A stretch of 64,000 bases of DNA from Chloroflexota bacterium (GTDB taxonomy: Bacteria > Chloroflexota > Anaerolineae > UBA1429), in NCBI GenBank assembly GCA_012719135.1, contig JAAYAW010000079.1:9723-73722 (forward strand). The letters run 5' to 3'. The notes under the pieces were generated by a model. The model had not been told where the DNA came from. It ran no database searches and saw only the letters and a list, made by a program, of their open reading frames with translations. The position numbers and the translations under genes are program-made. Below, piece by piece: positions 54,755-62,944 of the stretch; the stretch's first letter is position 1, and every line of letters starts with the position of its first letter.

Positions 54755-54884
54755 GCTGACCCTGGGCAGTGTCCTGGTCCTATACTTGACTACTTCACTT
54801 GACTTTATCGCGACTCTGTCGTACCCTGTACGCAGTTCTAGAAATGAACCGCTGGCCCGCAGGCTGGGCCAGAAGGAGGATACA

Positions 54885-55091
54885 ATGGCTACGACCGTGC
54901 TGCATGCGCAGAACATCTCCTGCCCGCATTGCGCCATGACGATCAAGCGCGAGCTGGGACCTATCGAGGGGATCCTCTCCGTGAGCGTCGATGTACCGAC
55001 CCAGGCCGTCTCTCTGGAGTACACCGGTGCGGACGCGCTTGAGAGAGCCAAGGCGACGCTTGATGATCTGGGATATCCTGTGCGCGACTAA
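54885..55091 (+). CDS. CopZ-like heavy-metal-associated domain protein
   Basis: 68 aa with ISCPHC and C-terminal DLGY; AGGAGG RBS. Confidence 0.9.
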   Translation: MATTVLHAQNISCPHCAMTIKRELGPIEGILSVSVDVPTQAVSLEYTGADALERAKATLDDLGYPVRD

Positions 55092-55188
55092 CGAGCGCCG
55101 CGCCCGGGCAGCGGTTGGCCCTCGCCACGTGTCCGTGTACAATCGCCGAGTTCCTGCGGGGAGCCAACGGCACACATATGGAGGTTGC

Positions 55189-56004
55189 ATGCTTCGACGA
55201 GACCTGCGGGTTCTTGGGGCCATCGCATTGATCTGCCTGGCGCTGACGGCCTGCTCTTTGGCTGCAGATGAAGGCACCCTCACCGTTCCTACTACACCCA
55301 GGTCCACTGGTCAATCGGATCAGGGGAGCTCGGAGCCCGGCTCTGTCGCGCGCGAGATTGCAGCCACCGCGACCCTTTCAGAGGATCGGGCCACCGAGCC
55401 TGCCCTGCCGCCGGCAGACACGGAGGATGCCGTGGCACCTGAGCCGCCAACGACTGCCCCCGCAACGACGGCGGCGCCCGATGATGCTGAGATGAACGAG
55501 GCCTCTGGCGAGACCTCTGAAGGCACCGCGACGCCGACTCCTTGGACTCCAGAGCCTGAGGAGATGCCTACGGTTCAACGGGTTGAGGCAGGCACCTCCG
55601 CGCCGGATTTTACGCTATCCGACCTCAACGGGGCGCTCCAGTCGCTTTCGAACTATCGCGGCAAAGCAGTCATGCTGAACTTTTGGGCCAGCTGGTGCGG
55701 GCACTGCCGATCTGAGATCCCGGCTCTGAGTGCGGTCTACAGTGAGATGCGCGATGCCGGCTTTGAGATCGTGGCTGTGAGTATCGGCGAGCAGCCCGCC
55801 GAGCTGTCTGCCTTTGTTCAGGAGCAGGGCATGCAGTTCGCAGTTCTGGCGGATACGCAGGGCGTGACGGTGCCGCTGTACCAGCTCAGTAGCGTGCCGA
55901 CCTCCTTCTTTCTGGATAGAGAGGGTGTGGTCAGCCAGGTGTATGGCGGGGCGATCACCGCAGACGTGCTGCGCGAGGTCGTCTCCGCGCTGCTCGATGA
56001 GTAG
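55189..56004 (+). CDS. TlpA/ResA-like thiol-disulfide oxidoreductase lipoprotein
   Basis: LTAC lipobox, long P/T/A/E linker, APDFTL, NFWASWCGHC and cis-Pro VPTSFFLDREG. Confidence 0.9.
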   Translation: MLRRDLRVLGAIALICLALTACSLAADEGTLTVPTTPRSTGQSDQGSSEPGSVAREIAATATLSEDRATEPALPPADTEDAVAPEPPTTAPATTAAPDDAEMNEASGETSEGTATPTPWTPEPEEMPTVQRVEAGTSAPDFTLSDLNGALQSLSNYRGKAVMLNFWASWCGHCRSEIPALSAVYSEMRDAGFEIVAVSIGEQPAELSAFVQEQGMQFAVLADTQGVTVPLYQLSSVPTSFFLDREGVVSQVYGGAITADVLREVVSALLDE

Positions 56005-56014
56005 GTCAACGCCA

Positions 56015-56665
56015 ATGGGGCCGGGTGATTCCGGGCTCCCAAGTCGCGAGGAGGCCATCGGGCGATCTGCCGGACGAATCGTAGGGTGGGTTGGCCACCA
56101 CTGGTTGCTTCTGGTGAACGTGGCGATGCTGCTGTACCTGGCACTCCCGGTAGTGGCTCCCGTGCTCGCGAGTGGTGGCCACGATGGCTGGGCCCGTGCG
56201 GTACACCTCGTCTTTGCTCCCTTTTGCCATCAGCTCCCGGAACGGTCGATCTTTGTCTTTGGGCCGCAAGCCACATACACACGCGCGGAGCTCGTGGCTG
56301 CGGTGGGGGAGGTGATACCGCTACGTTATACAGGCGGCCCCGCTACAGGGTACAAGATCGCCGTGTGCCAGCGGTGTTTGGCAATATACGCCGGCTGGTT
56401 CGTCCTGGGAGTGGTGTACTCGCAGGTAAGGCGTTCGCTCAAGCCACTTCCCATCCGGTGGTTCCTCGGCCTTCTCGTCCCGATTGCCGTTGATGGGGTG
56501 GGGCAACTGGTCGGCCTCTGGCACAGTAGCTTGCCATCCCGGGTGGCTACGGGACTGCTGTTTGCGCTGGCCATTGTCTGGCTCACGTACCCGCACCTTG
56601 AGGCCGGAATGGCGGACATGCGTGCCGACGCGGCACGCGCCCAGCGATCGGCACCCCATCGCTAA
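56015..56665 (+). CDS. DUF2085-like membrane protein
   Basis: CHQLPERS, VCQRCLAIY, PIAVDG and RVATGLL motifs. Confidence 0.85.
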   Translation: MGPGDSGLPSREEAIGRSAGRIVGWVGHHWLLLVNVAMLLYLALPVVAPVLASGGHDGWARAVHLVFAPFCHQLPERSIFVFGPQATYTRAELVAAVGEVIPLRYTGGPATGYKIAVCQRCLAIYAGWFVLGVVYSQVRRSLKPLPIRWFLGLLVPIAVDGVGQLVGLWHSSLPSRVATGLLFALAIVWLTYPHLEAGMADMRADAARAQRSAPHR

Positions 56666-57023
56666 CGGCGCGCACCCTCTTCCAGGGGAGCCGACGGCGC
56701 ACAACGAGTGTGCGAACCCACTGTGACGATCGCGCCCGCGCGGCTGCCGGATGGCTGTTTGGGTTATCAGACCCTGTGGGTGGCGAGGTCCTCCCCAGGC
56801 ATGCAGGATCGGCGCTCACGTCGTTACCACACGGTCCACGTACGTTGCGCCCAGAGGACGCATGCTGGTGGGCGTATCTCGTGCGTATAGGCAGCCAGAT
56901 AGGGCTTCGCTTACAGGCTAGAGGCGGAGCAGGACACTTCGGGGCGGATGGCCGGACGCGAGCGCGAGCGCGGGCGCTATCTCCCCCGGGGAGCGCACTA
57001 CCCCGCAGCCGCCGAGGTGACTG

Positions 57024-58124
57024 CTAATGCCGGCGATCCAGTATCTGAATGGTGGCGCCCTGTCCGAGGATGTTGATCGGGTAGTGGCGGCCGAGGCGCA
57101 ACCTGGGGCATTGGTCGATTGCGTCGCGCAGCGTGCCGATCTCACTTGTGAGCAACACGGCCTTTCCACCCGGCTTCAGGACACGCTCCAGTTCGCCGGC
57201 GAGCGCCAGATAGAGGGCCGGGAGCTCCCGCGGTGTCCCCAACTGTCGCCCAAAGGGCAGGTTAGACGCTACGCGATCCACGGTCCCGTCTGCAAGGGGC
57301 AGCCGTCGCGCGTCCCAGAGCATCAGCTCACGTGGCCGGTGCCTCGGGCCGACGTTCTCCACCGCCGCAGCGATCGCGGCACCATCGATGTCGCCTCCGA
57401 TCAACAGCCCGTGGCGGCAGGCCAACCCTCGCTCGATTAGGATCGTGCCTGTGCCACACATCGGGTCCAGGAAGACATCGCTGTTGCCCGGCTGTGTCAA
57501 CTGCACAAGAGCCGCAGCCACCGACGGCCGCAGGCTGGCGGGTAGGTGCACCTTCTGATACGAGCGGTGCCGCATCGATTCGTCGGATAGTCGCAGGCCC
57601 ACCACCAGCTCGCGACCCAGCAGATTCGCCCAGATCTCGACTTGTTCTCCCGAAGGAACGCTCTTCCACTGCTGGCGCGAGCGGCCGCGGACGGCTTTGC
57701 TGACCACGTCGACGAGATCGGCACGCCGGTAGGGTTGTCCGCTGCCTGCCACGCGTGCAATGGTGCGAAACGTGAGTGGCCCGTCCGGACGGATGGCTCG
57801 CACGCTTCGAAGTACGTTCAGCCCATGGTTCAGGGCGAGCGCCCTGGGCAACCGCTCTCGCAGGACCGCGAGCCCTTCCCACCCCCAGGGAATATCTGGC
57901 ACGCGCGCCAGCAACACGAACACATCTTCCGCCAAGCGCAGATCCATCAGCCGACGGGCATCCTCCGTGGTAGAGAACACCACCATGCCGTTCCGGTCCG
58001 GAACGGTCTTGAAGCCTTCGAGGACGAACACACCCAGCAGAGTCGCAAGCTCGTCGCGAGCGACGCCCTCGATACCTGGGATCGTATGGATATAGTACAG
58101 AGTCGGTCGGCGTTCCGAGGGCAC
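57024..58124 (-). CDS. THUMP-domain RNA methyltransferase (UPF0020; Trm14/TrmN-like)
   Basis: ASLRPSVAAAL, LDPMCGTGTILIE and SNLPFG; GTG start after GGAGG. Confidence 0.88.
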   Translation of the reverse strand: MPSERRPTLYYIHTIPGIEGVARDELATLLGVFVLEGFKTVPDRNGMVVFSTTEDARRLMDLRLAEDVFVLLARVPDIPWGWEGLAVLRERLPRALALNHGLNVLRSVRAIRPDGPLTFRTIARVAGSGQPYRRADLVDVVSKAVRGRSRQQWKSVPSGEQVEIWANLLGRELVVGLRLSDESMRHRSYQKVHLPASLRPSVAAALVQLTQPGNSDVFLDPMCGTGTILIERGLACRHGLLIGGDIDGAAIAAAVENVGPRHRPRELMLWDARRLPLADGTVDRVASNLPFGRQLGTPRELPALYLALAGELERVLKPGGKAVLLTSEIGTLRDAIDQCPRLRLGRHYPINILGQGATIQILDRRH

Positions 58125-58298
58125 CAGCGTCGTCCTCCAACTAGAGCATATCCCTGATTGTACCTGACGGTGCACCCAGAGGCAATTGGACTGCGTTCTG
58201 CGCATCAGATTGGCCAGGCGAGGCGCGTTTGCCGCCCCGAGGAGCGTGCATATAATGGTTATGTTATTGACCAGCCATCCCTACATCGCGGAGGATCG

Positions 58299-58856
58299 AT
58301 GATCAGTGTTACGCAGTTGCGCAAGGGGGTAACCTTTACCAGAGACGGCAGCATCTACCGGGTGCTCGAGTACGACCACTACAAGCCCGGCAGGGGCGGT
58401 GCGATCATCCGTACCAAGCTGCGCAACCTCAGGACCGGCGCGACCACGAACGTCAACTTTAACTCGGGCGATCGTGTGGATGACGTCCGCTTGGACCATC
58501 ATACCGTCCAGTATCTCTATGCTGACGACAGCTTTTACTACTTTATGGATACCGAGACGTACGAGCAGACGGCACTCCCCAGAGCCACGCTCGAGGATGT
58601 CATCCTGTATCTCAAGGAAGGGATGTCGATCGACATCGAGTCCTATGAGGGCGAGCCGCTGGACATCGAGATTCCGATCACCGTCGAGCTGGAAGTGACC
58701 GATGCCCCGATCGGATACGCCGGTGATACGGCCACCGGCGCCAACAAAGAGGTGACGCTCGAGACTGGGCTCAAGCTCAATGTGCCGCTCTTTGTACAGA
58801 GCGGAGATATCATCCGGATCGACACGCGGACGGGGGAGTATCTCACGCGCGTGTAG
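58299..58856 (+). CDS. efp: Translation elongation factor P
   Basis: HYKPGRGGA loop, QYLY, FMDTETYEQ, GDTATG and IDTRTGEY motifs. Confidence 0.97.
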   Translation: MISVTQLRKGVTFTRDGSIYRVLEYDHYKPGRGGAIIRTKLRNLRTGATTNVNFNSGDRVDDVRLDHHTVQYLYADDSFYYFMDTETYEQTALPRATLEDVILYLKEGMSIDIESYEGEPLDIEIPITVELEVTDAPIGYAGDTATGANKEVTLETGLKLNVPLFVQSGDIIRIDTRTGEYLTRV

Positions 58857-58973
58857 CGCGGCAGACTCATCTCGTGGTTGTGAGAAACAGCGGCCTGTGT
58901 TACCATCGCTTTGTCGGCTGGCCTACAAAGCGAGGCTGGTTTGCACAGGCCGCTGGTGCGTGAAGGGGGGAGC

Positions 58974-59540
58974 ATGGCGAATAGCAGAACTGCCGCAGTT
59001 TTTACGGTGATACTCATCCTGCTGGGTCTGATACTGCCGTCGGCAGCCTCTGCAGCCCCGGCCCGCGCGGCCGAATGGACCTATGTGACCGGCGCCCGGC
59101 TAGGCCTCCGGATGCACAGTGAACCGAGCCTGCAAGCTGACAGCACGCTCGTCCTCTACGACGGTGAGGACGTACGTGTGGAAGGCGAGGTCACCTGGTC
59201 CGAAGGGCTCTGGTGGCGTGAGGTGCGGGTAGAGCGCCGCACTGGAGAGTACCGCGGCTGGGTCGCGGCGGCGTACCTGGCAAACCATGAGGATGCGGAG
59301 CCGGAGGATGACCAAGAGCCGGGCTCCTTCTACGCGGTTGTACCGGCAGCAGGTCTGCGACTTCGTGCGGCGCCCGGGCTCGGGTCGGCTGTGCTCCATA
59401 TCGTGCCCAGGGGAGCGCGCTTGCAGGCGGCCGAAGAGGCAACTCGCTCTGCAGATGGGCTGGTCTGGCGTGCGATCTCTCTGGGAGAGACCGTCGTCTG
59501 GGCCGCCGATGCGCATCTGGTGATCGACGCCGCTGAGTGA
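58974..59540 (+). CDS. Secreted protein with two bacterial SH3 domains
   Basis: Signal peptide; LRMHSEPSL...GWVAAAYL and GLRLRAAPGL...WAADAHL. Confidence 0.8.
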   Translation: MANSRTAAVFTVILILLGLILPSAASAAPARAAEWTYVTGARLGLRMHSEPSLQADSTLVLYDGEDVRVEGEVTWSEGLWWREVRVERRTGEYRGWVAAAYLANHEDAEPEDDQEPGSFYAVVPAAGLRLRAAPGLGSAVLHIVPRGARLQAAEEATRSADGLVWRAISLGETVVWAADAHLVIDAAE

Positions 59541-59672
59541 GAGATAGTGTAGCTCGATGCGGGCCGCAGCCTCCGGGTTGCGGCCCTTGTTGTTGGCACG
59601 GGCGTATGTGAGAGGCGCCTTGGTGCGTTACCCCAGCGCGCGTATAATCCCTCGTTGTAGAGTGAGCGATGC

Positions 59673-60008
59673 ATGGCCGAAGATCGTGGACGCTCAAGTC
59701 GCATGGGGATACACGGCATGGATAACCAGTTACAGGGGCTGCGGCGGTGGGCCGGCCGACGAGCGATGCCCCGGCTGTACACAGAGCTGGCCCTCCATCT
59801 GGCCGGCGAGGGATACGAGTTGGAGCTGGAGGGCGAGGTTCTCTCGATATTTGGGCTGCGCAGGCCCAAGGGACCACTCGGACGCCTGCGCAGAGCCAGA
59901 CGAGAGTGTCTACTGCGTCTGGTCAGGCAGGATGATGGCGTCTCGATCCCCGAAGATGCGGCTGATCCCTCGTTCGTCGCCGAGCTTTTAGAGCGGCTGC
60001 GCGTTTGA
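59673..60008 (+). CDS. Small hypothetical protein
   Basis: TATAAT at about 59644; protein-like composition from MDNQL (59718); co-directional with the kinase gene. Confidence 0.55.
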   Translation: MAEDRGRSSRMGIHGMDNQLQGLRRWAGRRAMPRLYTELALHLAGEGYELELEGEVLSIFGLRRPKGPLGRLRRARRECLLRLVRQDDGVSIPEDAADPSFVAELLERLRV

Positions 60009-60066
60009 TCGCGGGTGAGCGCTGTTATCTGATTGGTTCTGCCTCAGATCTCGGGAAGAGAAGGAC

Positions 60067-62022
60067 ATGGCAACGACACTTTCCACTGGATCGCCTCAGC
60101 TGGATGACCTCATCGAGGAGCTGCAGCCGCAGGACAACGTCGTGTTCTTCACCGAGGACCGCGACGACTATGTCCCCTTTGTCAGGACGCTGGCCCGGCA
60201 TGTGGCCGAGATCCGTAGACGACTCGTCTATGTGCGTGGGGATGGATCGCTGGATGATATCGTTGCGCGGCATCCGTCGCCGGTCACTCTGGACGTCCAC
60301 GCCACGGCCTGGGAGGGGCTGCTCGAGAGCATAGAGGCGATCGGTGGCGACGCCTACTATGTGTTCGAGTCACTCTCAGTCCTCGAGGCTCTCGCTGGCG
60401 ATGAGGCGCATCTTCGCGATCTCTTTCTCACACTCTGCCCGAGGCTCTTCCAGCTTCGCTCCGTGGCCTACTGGGACCTGGCCCAGCACCGGTTCGCGGC
60501 CAGCACGGTTGCGGCCATCCGCGATTGCACTCAGGTCTTTATCCGGGTGGAGCGAAACCAAGGCAATGGGTGGGTGGTTACTCCTCTGAAGGTCTGGGGA
60601 CGCTACTCCGATGCGATGTTCAAGCCGCACTGGGCGCAGCTCTCCTCCGAGGGCCTGCTCGTCTCGCCTTTGAGCGCTGACGCGGACCGGGACGGCTCCT
60701 ATGTGGCGGCCCTGGCTGACAAGAACCGCGAGCTGGCGGAGGTTCGCGACATACTAAGTCGACGTAACGACGAACTGAGCCAGCGCAACGCCCAGCTCGC
60801 CGCGCTCAATGCGCGAGTGGCTGAGCAGAGTCATCTCTATGAGTCGCTCTCCGGTAACCTCGAGCACCTCACCTCGCTTCTCCGTGCAGGATGGGAGATC
60901 GGTGGGACCCTGGTGCGCGAGCAGGTCTACCAGGCCGTGCTGCTCGCCTGTACGCGTCTCTTTCCGGGCTGTGGCGCGAGAGTATACCTCCCACTGACGG
61001 AGGGAGGGCCGGTCGACCTCTACAGCTCAGATCCGGCAGGCACCATCGCCCAGATCGCGACAACGGATGTGGTCACCAAAGGACGCTCTCTCGTACTGGA
61101 TTCCGAGGCGAGCGTATCGGCCCGGCTACTGCTGCCTGACAGCGGAGCCGGGGGCAGCGTAGCGCTCGCCCCTCTGATCGTCCGCGGGCGCAGGATCGGC
61201 ACGATCGAGGTCTATGCCGACGACGAGAGACTGGATGATCATGAGCGCCGCCTGTTGTTGACCTATCTCGCGTCCGAGGCCAGCATCGCTCTCGATAACG
61301 CCGATCTGTATCAAGAGACCGATCTTCAGCGTGAGCAACTGCGCACCTTTGTCACGGATGTAATCCGTAACGACGAGAGGGAGAGCCGGCAACTGGCGCT
61401 GGATTTGCACGACGGGCTGGTGCAGATGATCGTAGGATCCTACCAACACCTCCAGGCTGCCCAGGCTTGGAGAGGCCGCGATGCGCATGTGGAGGAGGCG
61501 GAACTCGTCAAGGGCGTTCAGATCCTGCGAGATGCGATTGTCGAGGCGCGCCGGCTGATTGCGCAGTTGCGGCCCGCCGGTTTGGATGACTTTGGACTGG
61601 AGCAGGCGTTAAGAGTCTATCTTGGGGAGGCGCGCAACCTGTCAGCCTGGGAGGTCAACCTCACAGTGCATGGGGCGCTCGAGGGGCTGTCGCCCGAGGT
61701 CGAGGCCTCTCTGTTCCGCATCGTGCAGGAGGCGACACATAACGCACTGCGTTATGCACAGGCCGAGCGTCTGGATGTGAGCCTCGAGGCGCGGGAGCAG
61801 GAGTTGGTCCTCTCCATTGTGGACTCCGGCCGTGGTTTTGAACCAGGAACGGTGCGTTCCCAGCCAGAGAAGGGGTTGCACGTCGGTCTGGTGGGCATTC
61901 GAGAACGCGCGCGCATGCTCGGAGGCAGTTGTGAGATCACCAGCTCGCCAGGCGCCGGTACACGCCTGGTGGTTCGGATACCGTGGACCATCAACTCCAT
62001 GTCGGGAGAGGAGCAGGCATGA
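60067..62022 (+). CDS. Soluble HisKA_3 histidine kinase with an N-terminal Walker-less RecA/KaiC-like domain, coiled coil and GAF domain
   Basis: LALDLHDGLVQ H-box, RIVQEATHNALRYA N-box, DSGRGF and GLVGIRERA; N-terminus STGSPQLDDL...DNVVF. Confidence 0.9.
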   Translation: MATTLSTGSPQLDDLIEELQPQDNVVFFTEDRDDYVPFVRTLARHVAEIRRRLVYVRGDGSLDDIVARHPSPVTLDVHATAWEGLLESIEAIGGDAYYVFESLSVLEALAGDEAHLRDLFLTLCPRLFQLRSVAYWDLAQHRFAASTVAAIRDCTQVFIRVERNQGNGWVVTPLKVWGRYSDAMFKPHWAQLSSEGLLVSPLSADADRDGSYVAALADKNRELAEVRDILSRRNDELSQRNAQLAALNARVAEQSHLYESLSGNLEHLTSLLRAGWEIGGTLVREQVYQAVLLACTRLFPGCGARVYLPLTEGGPVDLYSSDPAGTIAQIATTDVVTKGRSLVLDSEASVSARLLLPDSGAGGSVALAPLIVRGRRIGTIEVYADDERLDDHERRLLLTYLASEASIALDNADLYQETDLQREQLRTFVTDVIRNDERESRQLALDLHDGLVQMIVGSYQHLQAAQAWRGRDAHVEEAELVKGVQILRDAIVEARRLIAQLRPAGLDDFGLEQALRVYLGEARNLSAWEVNLTVHGALEGLSPEVEASLFRIVQEATHNALRYAQAERLDVSLEAREQELVLSIVDSGRGFEPGTVRSQPEKGLHVGLVGIRERARMLGGSCEITSSPGAGTRLVVRIPWTINSMSGEEQA

Positions 62023-62669
62023 TTCGGATCATGCTCGTCGATGACCAGGCAATCGTCCGGGAGGGGCTCAGTTCCATGCTGGGCGTGGAGGACGACATCA
62101 GCATCGCCGGGCAAGCGGGGAGCGGCAAGGAAGCCCTGCGCCTGCTGCCCATGATAGAGCCCGATATCGTCCTGATGGACGTCCGCATGCCCGACATGGA
62201 CGGCCTGGCGACGCTGGAGAATCTCAAGGCCCTCTATCCGGCCCTCAGTGTGATCATGGTGACTCTCTACGATGATCCGGACTATTTGTATCGTGCGGTG
62301 TCGGCCGGCGCGGCCGGCTACATACTCAAGGATGCGAGCCGGGCGGAGTTGGTGAGCGCGGTTCGCACCGTGGCTGCCGGCGGAGCGATCATCTCCCCGG
62401 GTATGTTGCGCGATCTTCTAGAGCGCATTTCCACGATGATGGAGGCTTCCTCGAGCCGGCCTTGCTCCTCCGATCTTGGGCTGACGCCGCGGGAGATCGA
62501 GGTGCTTGGCCTGTTGGCGGAAGGGCTCACGAATCAGGAAATCGCAGAGAGGCTTGTCGTCAGCCCCACTACGGTCAAGACACACGTTCAAAACATTCTT
62601 CAGAAGATGGGCGTCTCAGATCGCACACAGGCGGCGGTCTACGCCGTACGATGCGGCCTCATCAACTAG
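62019..62669 (+). CDS. NarL/LuxR family response regulator
   Basis: VDDQAIVREG, LMDVRMP, GYILKD and LTPREIEVL...TVKTHV; ATGA overlap with the kinase. Confidence 0.95.
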   Translation: MIRIMLVDDQAIVREGLSSMLGVEDDISIAGQAGSGKEALRLLPMIEPDIVLMDVRMPDMDGLATLENLKALYPALSVIMVTLYDDPDYLYRAVSAGAAGYILKDASRAELVSAVRTVAAGGAIISPGMLRDLLERISTMMEASSSRPCSSDLGLTPREIEVLGLLAEGLTNQEIAERLVVSPTTVKTHVQNILQKMGVSDRTQAAVYAVRCGLIN

Positions 62670-62693
62670 AGCCGCCGTCCTTCTCCCCGCAGA

Positions 62694-62711
62694 ATCCTCC
62701 ATCCGGAGGAT
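62694..62711. promoter_or_regulatory. Inverted repeat, candidate NarL-type regulator site (or weak terminator)
   Basis: ATCCTCC-N4-GGAGGAT upstream of a TGgTACCAT extended -10 at about 62765-62773. Confidence 0.4.
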
Positions 62712-62944
62712 GCTCCGCCGGGCCGAATGATCTGCCCGGCGGATAGAATCTCCCAGAGCCAGCTGGTACCATCACGATGATGTCCGGTGTTGCACCGGCG
62801 CATGTGCGGTCTGCCCAGGCCGGCATGTGCAACAGTGCTGTTGACTACCCCCCACGGCCGAGGGTTCGCCACCGATGGCACAACCTGTCGGTCGCCGTTA
62901 TCCCGTCCCGCCTGATACCAAGTTGGCTCACGAGAGGAGACCCC

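Noticed and set aside
62876-62890. TGGCAC as a sigma54 -24 element
   Set aside because: No TTGC at the -12 position, and the adjacent regulator is NarL-type, not an enhancer-binding protein.
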